Assembly: GCA_965644295.1 (NCBI GenBank)
Contig: CBFFRP010000398.1
Span: 1 to 64,000 of the forward strand
Source of the DNA: Paraphysomonas bandaiensis
Taxonomy: Eukaryota > Protista > Chrysophyceae
Reading direction: 5' to 3'
DNA length: 64,000 nt
Position numbers and translations under genes: made by a program
Notes under the pieces: generated by a model
What the model was told of the DNA's origin: nothing
Database searches by the model: none
The model's input: the letters and a program-made list of their open reading frames with translations, nothing else
Shown: positions 1-12,371 of the stretch, piece by piece
Position numbering within the stretch: position 1 is the first letter of the stretch
Layout: each line of letters opens with the position of its first letter

Positions 1-180
1 AAAACTCTAAAAGTGCTGATTTATAGTAATTAGAAATATTGATTCTGAGAGTAAAATCGAGAGTTTTCTTTAGGTCAAGAGGCTGTTGACAATACACACG
101 AATAGGATGTTGACACACAATTGAAACCCACCACAGCACACTAACAATTAATAAAGATATCTGATTTCAATTAAACGATC

Positions 181-1901
181 ATGTATAATGATAATGTACC
201 AGTTGCGCAAGTAGTAGGAGTGGAATGGGAGTCCACTGCCCCCCCTCCTCCCCCCAATGCACCAGGTCCAGGAGACTATCATCAGGGACCTCAACAGACT
301 TTTCATCAGAAGACCTCATATCATGAGCAAGAGCTTCCACAGGAAGATTACACGGCGACTAGGCAGTACTTATCTCAGCATGGGTGGCCGGCTGGTCTGC
401 AGAACTCACTCATAAACAGCTGCAGCAAGTTTCCCATCCGATATTTTATCGTTGATGATTCAGGTAATGTGCATGTCCTGAAACAGTTTGAAGGGTTGGT
501 GTACTAACAAGTCGCTGTTTAGGGTCAATGATTCAATGTGATGGTAAACGTTTGGTGTCAAACCAAGGGAGTTTTGTGTGAGTGGTGGTGCTATATTTTT
601 CTTATCGTGTTTGATGTTTACTATTACAGTGCTGTAGAGTGCTCGAGGTGGAAGGAGTTAACAGATGCACTAAAGTTCCATGCCCAGCTTGCGGATATTG
701 CTCAGGCTCCAACAGAGTTCAGGCTACTCAATGGTGCGCCTCCAATAGTTGTCGGTCGTGGTAATGACGGTGGTGAGAATCTTCGTTTGTTGAACACGAT
801 ATTCGACCAGGTAGGATATTATAAATTATGTATACGATATAGCAGTTTGTTGATGTGTGGGTACAAAATGAATGTAATGTGAGAATTTAGCGTAAGCAGC
901 CTTGCGTTGCATATGTTGTAATAACATGTTCTTGTGTCAGCCACCTGGAGGCGGGACTCCGTTATGCCGCCACATCCGCGAGGTAGTAGCACAGATTACT
1001 CCAATGGCTCAGACTCTTCGGGCAAATGCTCAGAAGGCTGTTATAGTAGTTGCCACAGATGGAGAGTCAAGTGACGGAGATATTGCCGCTGCCATGCGTC
1101 CCCTTCAGGTATTGTGATGTATAAGTATGGCATAAAAACTACTCTGTGAGCATATAGTACATGGGATACTGTAACTGAAAATATTCTACGCAAAGAAGTT
1201 ATTGTATCAAGTATATTTGTATATTACTTATGAATGTTTTTGCCTGTTAGGATCTCCCTGTTTGGGTAGTTGTACGCCTCTGCACGGACGATGATAAAGT
1301 TGTGGAATACTGGAATAACATCGATGGTCAATTAGAACTCGATATGGACGTTCTTGACGATTTGTTTGGTGAGGCTGCAGAAGTTACGAAAGAGGTATGT
1401 AGCGATTGTCTTATTGTATACGCTTGTGGCGTGTTTATATACTTATGTGATGTACAGAACAGCTGGCTAACGTATGGTGAGCCACTTCACCGCCTGCGTG
1501 AATGGGGAGTACACATTCGGGAGATGGATCTCATTGACGAGTCAAAGCTTTCACTGGAACAGATGAGAGTTGTGTGTACCATGGTGTAAGTTCATTGGAA
1601 GTCGCCATTTCGGAGTGTATTCTTGCTATAGTACTCAGTGTTTTTTGTATATTTCACCGTGTGCTATATATCATTCTGCGCTCAGTTTTTCCACTCTCAT
1701 ATATATTTGTGTAGCTTGTCCATTGATATCAATGAGTTGCCACACCCTGCTGGCAGCTGGGCGGAATTTTATCGCACTGTATCGAATGCCACTGCTGCTG
1801 CTCCTTTAGTTTGGTGCCCTAATACGAAGCGAATGCAGCGTTGGATTCGACTCAAACAACTTTCAAGCAAGTATCAAAAGGGCTCGTGTTCTATTATGTA
1901 A
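181..1901 (+). CDS. Multi-exon von Willebrand factor A (vWA) domain protein with Pro-rich N-terminus and C-terminal CaaX motif
   Basis: Removing the GT-AG intron 464-522 restores a MIDAS motif (FIVDDSGSM). Later exons give PGGGTPL and VIVVATDGE. The last exon ends GSCSIM-stop (TAA at 1899-1901). Several ORF-track fragments join across short introns. Confidence 0.8.
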
Positions 1902-2446
1902 CTATTTTCGGCCTTGTGTGGGGCTATGTATAACACGATTCTCGATATTTTTTAACTATATATGAATAGAACAACTTGCAAGAAATTATTTCGTTCTTGT
2001 TAGTTAATTTTTTTATCGTAATGGTTGTTGTACGTGATGATAAGTATATTTGACATATAGTTCTCTATTTAGTAACGAAGTTGTAATTGCTATTTCAAAT
2101 TGTTTCTTCTCTTTTCTTGTTCTCAACAGATACGCTGTGCTTTTTATATCGAGGATATCGTTTACTTTGAGTTTTTTAATGAAATGTACAATGGGGAAAC
2201 ACTTAAAAATTCAATATCACACATTAAATTTAAGTGATGCAACTACCACTACGTAAAGATAATAATAAGTTCATAGTAGTGAGAAGCCTACTCTCTCATA
2301 TCAACACAAGTACTTGTTTCAAATAAGATTTAAGGTTAGTCTTGATATTTAGTAAGGATATACTTGATATTATTAGAGATAATTAACGATAAGGCCTAAT
2401 AGTATAATAGCAAGACACGTTTGAGCAGGGCGTTAGCACCACACAT

Positions 2447-2701
2447 AAACAGCCGTTTAACCCCCGTCTATCGAAAAAGCAAAAGCACAACGGGCAGCGA
2501 AATCCAACAAAGCACAAGAAATTCAACAAGTCCAGCAGAGCTACAAGTGCAAAGCTAGATCCATTGCATCTGAAACACTTAACTTCGCGTTGACTTTGCA
2601 CTTGTAGCTCTGCTGGACTTGTTGAATTTCTTGTGTTTTGTTGGATTTCGCTGCCCGTTGTGCTTTTGCTTTTTCGATAGACGGGGGTTAAACGGCTGTT
2701 T
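2447..2701. repeat. Near-perfect inverted repeat: 108-bp arms (2447-2554 and 2594-2701) with a 39-nt loop
   Basis: Direct comparison shows the arms are reverse complements with a single mismatch. Confidence 0.95.
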
Positions 2702-3445
2702 GCCTGTTGAGCAGTAGTTTGCGCTATCCCGTTTGGTTTTCGTATTTTGTGATAATAGGGAGTCTACAGTGGAATGCTCGAATGCTCTCAATCTTCTTAT
2801 CAGCGTTTTATAATCATCAATTGGGTTCATTTGGAGGTTGATTGCCAGATCCTTATAGGTCTGGTTTTCATTTGAGACCATCCCTTGTCGTATTCTTGAA
2901 ATGAGGTCTTGTTCAGAGACTTTGTGGCCGTGTGTAGCGAACTTTAATCGCAATTTTTCGACTTCGTCCAGGAATTGATTGATTGTTTGAGCTTGCTTGA
3001 TTTTGATTGATTGCAGTTGGCCAATGATGTCGGTTATCGTATCATTTGAGGTCTTGTCTTTGAAATGCTTTTCGATCTCTGACCATGCCCTTTTTCCATC
3101 TCCTTCAGGGGCTGTTTCGATAATACCCTCTGCTCCCTCGTTTTGGCCAATCACCGCGCTGGATAGAAGTGACCATAGGTAATTGTTGCCCTCCTCGAAA
3201 TACTGCATATTTTCGTCGTTGGCGTTTTTCCTGTATAGGTAGTCCTCTTCTGTTTCTTCCTCTTGACGTATAGGCTCCTCTGGCGCATCGTTTCTTAGGA
3301 TGTATACTATTTTGGGCTTACGAAAGAACCAGGCTCTACTTTTCTTCTTCCATTTTGAGAAGTTCTTGGCGTCGAAGGGTGGCATGGAATCCTTCCTCTT
3401 GTCCGATGAGTCGGAGTTATCGTAACTGTTAGTCTTAGAACTCAT
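2579..3445 (-). CDS. gag: Copia-type Gag protein (288 aa), truncated before the zinc knuckle
   Basis: PPFDAKNFSKWKKK resembles the Copia gag N-terminal motif. DGKRAWSEIEKHF and the following helices fit the UBN2/Retrotran_gag_2 pattern. A partial zinc knuckle (KCFRCNG) lies in an adjacent frame. Confidence 0.8.
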   Translation of the reverse strand: MSSKTNSYDNSDSSDKRKDSMPPFDAKNFSKWKKKSRAWFFRKPKIVYILRNDAPEEPIRQEEETEEDYLYRKNANDENMQYFEEGNNYLWSLLSSAVIGQNEGAEGIIETAPEGDGKRAWSEIEKHFKDKTSNDTITDIIGQLQSIKIKQAQTINQFLDEVEKLRLKFATHGHKVSEQDLISRIRQGMVSNENQTYKDLAINLQMNPIDDYKTLIRRLRAFEHSTVDSLLSQNTKTKRDSANYCSTGKQPFNPRLSKKQKHNGQRNPTKHKKFNKSSRATSAKSTRS

Positions 3446-4542
3446 CCGCTGCCAAAATAAGATTTAAGGTTAGTCTTGATATTTAGTAAGGATATACTTG
3501 ATATTATTAGAGATAAAGATTTTAACGATAAGACCTAATAGTATAATAGCAAGACACGTTTGAGCAGGGCGTTAGCACCACACATGTGCGTATCTTGTAC
3601 AGTCGCGTATAATGTATAGTTTGGTAATTATTCAGTCTATTTGGTATTTCATTGTATACGTGTGTTGTATTCACGCGTTAAGGGGTATACGTGAATCAAT
3701 GACTCCTCATAGTTTCGAAGCAACCAGAGGTGAAGCTTCATCTTGTCTAATATCGACAGCACTAACCTCGTCTTTCATGTACATAGGCACTACTAATTTT
3801 AGAGTAACACAAAATTATATCACTACTTCTACAATTAATAATACCACCAGTTATTTCGTCTAATGTCCATGCAACACACAAAAACAAAACTCATTTCCTT
3901 GACTACCTTGTGTTCGCGTGGTATACATACGTCATACTTGCTGAAGTTTATTAAATGTTAGACAATTTAACGACAAGTTTAAGCGGTTTAGTTTATAACC
4001 GCTTATCCGAGCCTGAATTCGTCTTATGCGCGTTCAGAGATGCTGTATGATCGCAGATGAGAGGGAGCACATTCCTATTATTACCCATGTCTTGTTTGCA
4101 ATATAGTCATACAGGGTGCAGAGACCCCTTCCTCATCCTCCTTATGGTGATGGTTGGGGTTATCTATTAATTGATACGATAGCTCCAATGTTTATGCTTT
4201 AAGGATACTGTGCATAGCTACGTAAGAGCAGGAGTATGAGGAAATCCAGCCCAATTAGAAGAGTACATAGAAAGTGGCACTTTCTAGGGAAATTACATAT
4301 ATATCCCTGATATTTGAAATACTGGGCTTAAAAGATGGTTATTTTATAGGAATCGAACTCTTATATTGTCTGTATCTCATATCTGGTATTGACAATGCAT
4401 GTTGTCTGATGGACTCTTATATACTATACTCACTCACCATACAGAACACATTACTTGATACATTCACAATTTGTACAACATACTGTGTCCTGTTAGTAAT
4501 TTGTTTCAACTCCTTCATTAGTTCATCAACATAGTGGTGATT

Positions 4543-6561
4543 ATGTGGATATCAGCCACTATAGCTGCCACTCTATTGCCCACATTATGTACATCATACT
4601 CTAAAGATGCTTTAAAAGATTTAGTTACTTCACTTCCTGGATCTGAGCTACTTGATGTGAGCTTCAAACACTTTTCTGGTTATCTAAAAGGTTACTTATT
4701 TAAATAATCGACACGTACTCTCCACCCTCACTTACAACATCAGTGGGAACACAATTCATGCACTACGAGTTTGTTGAATCAATGAGCGACCCAGAAAATG
4801 ACCCTCTTTCTTTTTGGACGAATGGTATATGCGGATGATGTTACTCGGATGTGTTAATACCTATTTGTATTAGGAGGTCCGGGGTGTTCTGGATTACTCG
4901 GATTTTTTGGAGAGCAGGGACCGTTTCGGCCAAATTCAGACCTTACTCTCAGTTTGAATCCTTATGCATGGAATAAGGTCTTATATTCTTTATGTGGTAA
5001 TATGTCGTCTAACGGTATGATGAATTTAGGTTGCGAACATGGTGTTCATGGAATCTCCCTGTGGAGTCGGATATTCGTACTCGGATGTTGACAGTGATTA
5101 TGTTGCGGGGGATAAGTCAACAGCATTAACAAACTACATGTTTATTCAGCAGTTTCTTGATCGATTTCCTGAATATTCTTCAAATGAAGTCTATCTTTCG
5201 TCGGAATCTTATGGAGGGCACTGTACGTTTCGGCATTTTGCCTTATGAAATGACCATTATTGTGTTGCACAGACCTTCCCACCCTTGCCAAGGAGATCGT
5301 TGAACGCAATCCAGTCGCTCAGAAGAATGGTCTACGTGAACTTAACTTTCAAGGATTTGCTGTGGGGAACCCATACACCACTGTTTACTCTGGTTAGTAC
5401 CGAGTCAATAGATTTCTTGATGCAAGTGAAATAACTGCCAATGGTACGTCGTGCTTAGGTCTACCCGCTATGATTGAAACTGCTTGGGGTCACCAGCTTA
5501 TTGCACAACCAACAATGAAACTCTATCGAGAGAACCAGTGTGAAAACAACCTCAGAGCTGGGTATCCTCTGGAGTTGTGTGAGGCCTTGCTCAATGAGAT
5601 GTTTCTTCAAATCGGGAATCTGAATCCTTATGGTATCTAATGAATATGTAGTTCTTATACTGATAACTTTGAGTTTTATGTAAATCGATTATCGCTTTAT
5701 CGAGTGTTGTGCTCATACTACTGTTTGCCAGCTCTGGATTTTCCTGTTTGTACTGTTCCGAATAAAGCTGTGATGGGAAGCGGGGAGGTCATGGAGCGAT
5801 ACTGGATGTTGGATCATATTCTTTCTGAACAGTCTGATAATATACGCGTCGCAGCAGGTTTAAAGGTGGATATTTACTCGCTATATCAAATAGAATGCGT
5901 TTTGTATTATGCGTACTTTATATTTGAATGGTTCATCTGATATGATTACAGGCCCACAGAGCTGTTGATGTGCGTAGCCCACTGGGCGCTGGGTATGAGC
6001 CGTGCGAGGAAGACTATATGACCGCTTATGCGAATCGCTTGGATGTTAAGAAAGCACTTCATGTCAACCCTAGTGTCAACTGGAAAAAATGTAGTTCTAC
6101 TGTACGCTACAACAGAATAGATGGTCAGATATCAATGGTGCCATTGTACAAGTACTTGATAGATGGCAATCACAATCTTCGTATACTTGTGTACTCTGGT
6201 GATGATGATGGTGTATGTGGGACTGTAGGAACTCAACAGTGGATATGGAAACTGGGATACGAGGTGACTCCACCCCTTTATTCGCTATTACTTCAGGTGT
6301 AATTGTAACTCTCACAGGTTAAGAATGCTAGTGACCAATGGCAGGTTTATAAAGTAGCAGGACAAACAGCTGGATACTACACACGGTGGCGAGATGCTAA
6401 ATTGGCTTTCGTGACTATACATGGTGCGGGTCATGAGGTATGTTCGTTGACTAGTTGAACCTTATTTAGAAGTAACTGCTCGTAATAAGGTACCTACGTA
6501 TAAACCGGCAGTTTCGTTAGATATGTGGGCTAGATACTTAAAGGGTGAATGGACAGGTTGA
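4543..6561 (+). CDS. Secreted serine carboxypeptidase (peptidase S10), about 10 exons
   Basis: Signal-like start [13 protein letters not shown]. Spliced motifs [27 protein letters not shown], catalytic [23 protein letters not shown] and [10 protein letters not shown]. Stop TGA at 6559-6561. Confidence 0.9.
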
Positions 6562-7000
6562 TGCATCTCCATTGTTGGAGTATACTTGATGTGATATATC
6601 CGACTTATGTATATAGCTTTTCGTACCTTCGATAATATAAGAAAGAATTAAGGGTATGACAGTGCGATTGTGGGTATCGCTTTTCTGATATTTAGTCCAC
6701 AAAGCACTACGAGTAGCTTTCATTAGTTTTAGTTCAATTCTTTCTTCATAATAGGAAGCTTTTATTTCATGGTTAAATTACTCCCTTATATACTCATATT
6801 TATTATCTTTGGGCGTACACCACTTATATTTTCTCTTATCACAAACATTGGATTGTATATAGAAATGATTGGTAGTTGAGACAATATGAACTTGGTGATT
6901 GACAAGTGATATTGGTTATAAGTTTATTATATACTGCTATAGGTTTATAACTTATAAAGTGTTTTTCAGTTATGCCGTTTTCTAACAACTTTTTAGTTAC

Positions 7001-7668
7001 CAGGGCTGCGTATCAATTAATTGTCAATTAATTGACGCAGGTTGTAGTCAATTATAATTGCAATTATTACTTGCTGTCTCAATTTCAACTATTGCAATTA
7101 ACTATTGAGAAATGCTCATATCTTGAACGATCAAACTATTTCAGTTTCTCAATATCATCACAGCATTTGTACATCACTATATTTCACTGTATTCTCGTAC
7201 ATTGTCTTGAAGTGACATACTGAATATACTAGAATAAGATCCATATTCTAATATTAACTGCATTTTAGGTAGCAAGTAAAATACACTAGCTGCGAATATA
7301 GCTACCTCAACTGTTATTATCATCATTTACTTTCTCAAATAACACTCATGCAATGACTTCTGGTGCCAATTTGTCGCTCCTATCGCTAATTAATTAAATG
7401 AATTACTATGTGAGATAATCCTTTGGATATTATAGTCTTTCACCAATCTTCGATTTTTATCCTAAAAATTGGATTTTTTTCTAAAAATGCCGTTTTTTAA
7501 CAACTTTTCAGCATAAAAAGGTGGTTTTTTTTATCAATTAATTGAAGCTAGTTGGTGTCAATTATAATTGCAATTATGAATCGATGTCCCAATTTCAACA
7601 ATTGCAATTTCAATAATTGACAATTAATTGCAATTAATTGAAAATCAATTAATTGATACGCAGCCCTG
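7001..7668. mobile_element. Non-autonomous hAT-type MITE (668 bp)
   Basis: Perfect 23-bp TIR CAGGGCTGCGTATCAATTAATTG. 8-bp TSD TTAGTTAC at 6993-7000 and 7669-7676. Repeated CAATTAATTG/TGCAATT subterminal motifs. Confidence 0.92.
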
Positions 7669-8073
7669 TTAGTTACAGTATTAGTCTTAGGTCTTAGCTA
7701 AACGACGCTTCTATGAAAATTATGTCTAAATTTCAAAAAAGAAGTAAGTCATATATAAAAGTGTAGTTCGTAGTAGCTTGCTACACATCTCATGTTCAAC
7801 AAACTATATAATTCATATTACAGATATAGGGTGATCAAGTTTAGTGGAAACAACCCTAAAAATTTTATCATCTCTCCACTCTCTAATGCACCTATTAAAC
7901 TAGGTGTCTACTTTACTACTTTACATTATCATCATTTATTTATGTAGAACCAATTCACAATAACTGTGCCATGTCGTCTATATAAGTATCATGTCTACTG
8001 TAACCATCGGCGTAGACCATCTCACATCCGAAATGTGGTAATAGTGAGTTATCAACTCACACATTCAACTTGG

Positions 8074-9158
8074 TTATATCAATTGAGAGGAAAACTTTGG
8101 GTATACTGAGTGCGGCAACACTTTCCCTTTCAGGACTGAGAGAGCATATATTGAAAGAACTCTTTGGGCCTCATGTTTCAGCTAACACGCATAACCGTGT
8201 GGTAATTAACGGACAGCATAAACAGAAATCTATATTTACCTGTTCACACTCCTCTGTTGCGGACGCAAGGCTCTCAATGGCGCTATACGGTGACCATTTC
8301 TTTTCGGTAACGTGTACCCGGGGTTCTCCATCAGGCGATTCTGTAACCATGAGATATTAAGACAGTGCTATTGAAGCAGTTTCATACAGTGTTACAAAAC
8401 GCACCGTTGGATCGTGTGAAGTTAATAGGGATGCGTGTTACAGTTTCATGTACTTCAATCACTGCGCTCTGTGGATACGCCTATTGCACGATTATTTTAT
8501 AAATTTAATGTAAGTAATCGTATTTCATAGTACATCGCTGTCATGATATACATACCCGGAGAAGCATTGACACACAGCTAGGGGCAGGGGGTGTCACTCT
8601 GTCACTCTGAAGTAAGACATGAATAGGAAGCTTTCCAGTATTAGTGAAGGACCGAACCGCGACCGAGTCTGTGTCTGCACGTAAGATTGTTGCGATTAAA
8701 TGTTCATCAGGATGCTCATTCTTTACAGCAAGATGCAAGCAATTTTCTCCAAAATAATTGCGTGCAGAAAGAGCCGAAGGATAAGCCGAAATCAGCTTAC
8801 TAATTATTTTAATATCAGGAGTATAGCTCATAACCGCGGTATGCAGGGGAAGACAGCCTTCGCTATCTTCTGCTCGCAACGTGGACGGTTTCTGTTCAAT
8901 CAAATAGTCGATGAGCTCGCTACAAATAACCCGTTGTACTAACGCAAGTCGAAGGATATAACCAAAAAGCTCTTCATCTTTGTATTCCATTGGAACTTTA
9001 TTAATCAAATTCAAGAGTACGCTCCATTCTCCCGACGAACTCCTGATTTCATTTGTGATGCTGGCAAACAGTGATCTCACATAATGCTTTGATCTATCAC
9101 GTAAATGAGGAGGAATAGGTAATTCAGGGCACACGGGATCTTTCGTTAACTCAGTCAT
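8074..9158 (-). CDS. Ankyrin-repeat protein, multi-exon
   Basis: Ankyrin cores GCLPLHTAV, GENCLHLAV and GKLPIHVLL in the 8541-9158 ORF. Downstream AG-flanked exons (AYPQSA..., ...LKHEAQRVL...SSQLI-stop at 8074) were inferred by eye, so the 3' structure is less certain. Confidence 0.7.
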
Positions 9159-9938
9159 GGAATATATTGTGAGAAATCTGCTTAATGTGATTACTTTTCT
9201 TAGTTGTTGATTTTACTGTAACAGTCAGTCTCAACTGCCAACTACTTCGTACTATCGTAGTGCGTAAGTACTCTGTACGCTCGCTTTGTACATATAGAGA
9301 GTGTTGTACACAGCAGAGTACGTACACCACACGCCCACTCAAAAAATTGTGGCCACAAATACAAGATGATGCCCGAATATAAAAAAACAACAGAAAATGA
9401 CGATGCAAGAATAGAAAAACATATGTTTTTCATTTTTCGGGAATATTTTGGATAAAATACAGTAAAATTCTGAGAAATCAGTGATAGATATCCCCACTTT
9501 CGTATTTATTTACTAAGAATTCCTATAGGAATACATCAGCAACTATATCTTTTTTGTGCACTGTATATACATATATACTGCTGTATTTGAGGACCGTATA
9601 ATACGAATCCATGGGAACATTTGGCGGTTTTTTTTATGATCCAAAACACTGAGAATCGCCATATACAACTATATATATGTATACTGCTGTAGCTACATAG
9701 CTGGATACACGTACTGCTGCTCAAGTATTGTATGTACTTCTGTGTACAGATATATGATAAAAATCAGGTGTGATGTGCAGAATTCTCCTCTATAAACAAC
9801 TGTAAAATATCATCACATCAGACTTGATTATTAAAGACCTTCACACACATTAGAGAATTATATCATCTACTCTTATCATTTATACACTTGTTATCTTTAT
9901 ATAAACAGAAGATTGTTGTTGAGATCTAACTGTCGTCA

Positions 9939-11271
9939 ATGTCAACTGTCGACAATCATCTCCCAGCTATTAACAAGAGCGGTACAACTGGATCCACTTC
10001 AAATAAAGTCAATCATATTCTATCTCCTGGTAAAACTTCTACAGAAGTACAAATATTTGAAGGGCATAAGTTTTTTTGGAAACAAAGATTGAATGTGGAC
10101 TTGAATTTTATTTATCACAGTGATGCAGGATATTACGAGATCATACCATACGATAGTGATGCATGTGTTGAACTAAAAAGAATTTATCTATCAGAAGAAC
10201 TTCTTAAGGAAGCTGTCAAAAATGATCTTATGGAGAAAATCGCAGAAATTAAGAAGGACTTGTCGCGAGATCGATTCAAGAAGATGCCCCCCGAAGAGGA
10301 GCTGATCGCGAAAGCAACAAGGAATTTAATCAGAGATTTCATAAATAATCGATTAGTAGCTTTTGTGGAGAACGATGTCAAAGGCGTTAAACTTAATAAG
10401 CTGTCAGGTAAGATTAACTTTAGATTTAGAGTGGTAACCCGTAACATGCTTCGATTCAGTGGATACAATTGATTTCGACAAGCTGCATGTGGTCGTGGAG
10501 GAGCCATCTGACCCTGATTCAGCAACGCCTCCTCAAACTGACGCATCTGAAGCACCTACAGGTGGAGACCCCGCCACCATGGCCGTGCCCCCTGAGGCCA
10601 CCTCAAAAACTACTCCGAAGCAAACCCAAATCCGACGGAGGCGGAAAACGACATCGGGAGACTTTGAAAATGCTTTGAAGGATCTTCGAATGAATTCGAG
10701 AGAGCTCGACAAAGCTTGTAACCAGGCTGCCCGACTTACTGCCCTGTCCCGCAAAAGTGTTGATGCATTCAAAGATGCCTTGGCAGGAAATCTGGTGGGG
10801 TCCAACAAAGAAGTATTCGATAAGTCAACACCATTGGGTATGTTCAAGTGGGCTGCCCGGCGTATTATCCTTCAGAACACAGTCGAAAAAGTGCGCGCCG
10901 AATTGGAATCTCGGGACAAAAAGGGGGGCGCAATCAAGGTGAATGCAACGTTTCCCAGTCCGGACGGAGAACTGATGGTAAACCCAGCAGTACAAAAGGC
11001 CCAAATGGAGCGCGCCCCCCATTTGGCGGCACTGGCAGAGAATTTTTCACGTGAAGGATCGCCAGTTTCGTCTCCCCGAGATATGGAAGGACTTTCATCT
11101 AATCGTGCTCTCACAGGCTCAAGAGGCAAGGCTGCTGGGAGCTCCCCTGCGGCAGGAGCCACCAACGGAAAGGTACTGAAACATGCCACATCTGCACCTG
11201 TCCACTTGCCGGATGTCAACAGTAAACCCGGTTCGGCTTCAACCCCTAAGAAATCCACACCAAAAAAGTAA
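9939..11271 (+). CDS. Hypothetical protein, two exons, low-complexity C-terminus
   Basis: The 177-aa and 270-aa ORFs join in frame across GT-AG intron 10408-10459. No recognisable domain. Confidence 0.7.
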
Positions 11272-11791
11272 TTCCAAGGAAGTTTTAATTGTATTTACTA
11301 TTTGCTGGCAGATGATGTGTCACAGAATTGGCTCTTACAGGATTCGTATGAATGTGTTGCACATTGTATGCCATAACAACAATATTGAAATGTAATTCGT
11401 TTCATTATGAGTCGGGAGATGGAATGTTTCCAGTCATTGAAGTGCGTTCTAGCGCTGTAGTTATTGTTGTTATCAAATATATATCTGCCTATTAAACTAT
11501 TATTCGCCTTATGTCATCATGTTCACATCCGTATATGTCTTGTTCAGGAGTGCACGTGTGGGCCGTATCTCATCTATTTACTTATTACATATTGCAGTGA
11601 AGCTAATAATATTCTATATCTAAATCCCTTCATTACTACTAGTTTATTACTATGGACAGTGATTGTTTTTTGTATTACGTAGTAGCTACAACCTGTTGGA
11701 AATTGTTCATTCTAACTAGCTCTCAGACAAGATAGCTTAATTAATATCGTTTACAATATGTGAACCTCTCGTTACTCGTTACTAAACATAT

Positions 11792-11886
11792 ATATCTTGA
11801 AAGATCAAACTATTTCAGTTTCTCAATATAATCACAGCATTTGTACATCACCATACTCCACTGCTTCACTGTATTGTCGTACATTG
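11792..11886. repeat. Dispersed repeat, homologous to the interior (7118-7204) of the hAT MITE
   Basis: Both copies share ATATCTTGAA.GATCAAACTATTTCAGTTTCTCAATAT.ATCACAGCATTTGTACATCAC...CGTACATTG. Confidence 0.8.
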
Positions 11887-11910
11887 CCTATAAGTGGGAA
11901 ATATTATTCA

Positions 11911-12016
11911 ACCTAGTCAAATTGGTTGAATTACCTAGTCACGCTATTTTTGGTGGAATAACCTAGTCAAAGTAATACATGACTCAACCTAGTCAACTTT
12001 GGTATTCAACCTAGTC
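11911..12016. repeat. Five spaced copies of ACCTAGTC
   Basis: Copies start at 11911, 11933, 11961, 11987 and 12009. Confidence 0.85.
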
Positions 12017-12371
12017 GTTCTTATATCCATTGATTACACACTGTGACTGTCTAAGATACCATCTCACACCACACAATATATTAGTGGCTTACAGAGCATC
12101 AAAACAAACACTCAAACATAACAATAAGCTCATATATACATATCTACATAACACAGATGTACGTGTATGTCTATCTAGCCTATCTGTAGCATGTATGTAT
12201 ATAGCAATGGGTCCCTGTGAGTGTTATGGGGAGGAGGGTCCATGAAGCTGTGGGCATAACTCACTCTATGATCCGCAGGACATCTTGAGATCTTCATATG
12301 CTGGGAGTGATGGCGAAAACATAGGCAGCAGATTGTTTTCTGCCCACTCATAGCCGAATGATTGTGTGGTA

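Larger units (their letters stand above)
2321..3585 (-). mobile_element. Non-autonomous gag-only Ty1/Copia-type LTR element with internal inverted duplication
   Basis: Direct repeats at 2321-2446 and 3455-3585 differ by one 5-bp indel and 3 substitutions. A PBS-like TGGCAGCGG lies at 3454-3446. A gag ORF is present but pol is absent. No TSD was identified. Confidence 0.8.

Noticed and set aside
2383-2601. 72-aa ORF as an independent gene
   Set aside because: It consists of the zinc-knuckle remnant read through the antisense arm of the fold-back and into the LTR.
3980-4005. Short hairpin TAAGCGGTT...AACCGCTTA as an ncRNA or terminator
   Set aside because: An isolated 9-bp stem in AT-rich DNA with no other supporting features.
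11911-12016. ACCTAGTC array as a mini-CRISPR
   Set aside because: The repeat is only 8 bp with 14-20 bp gaps, the context is eukaryotic and no cas genes are present.
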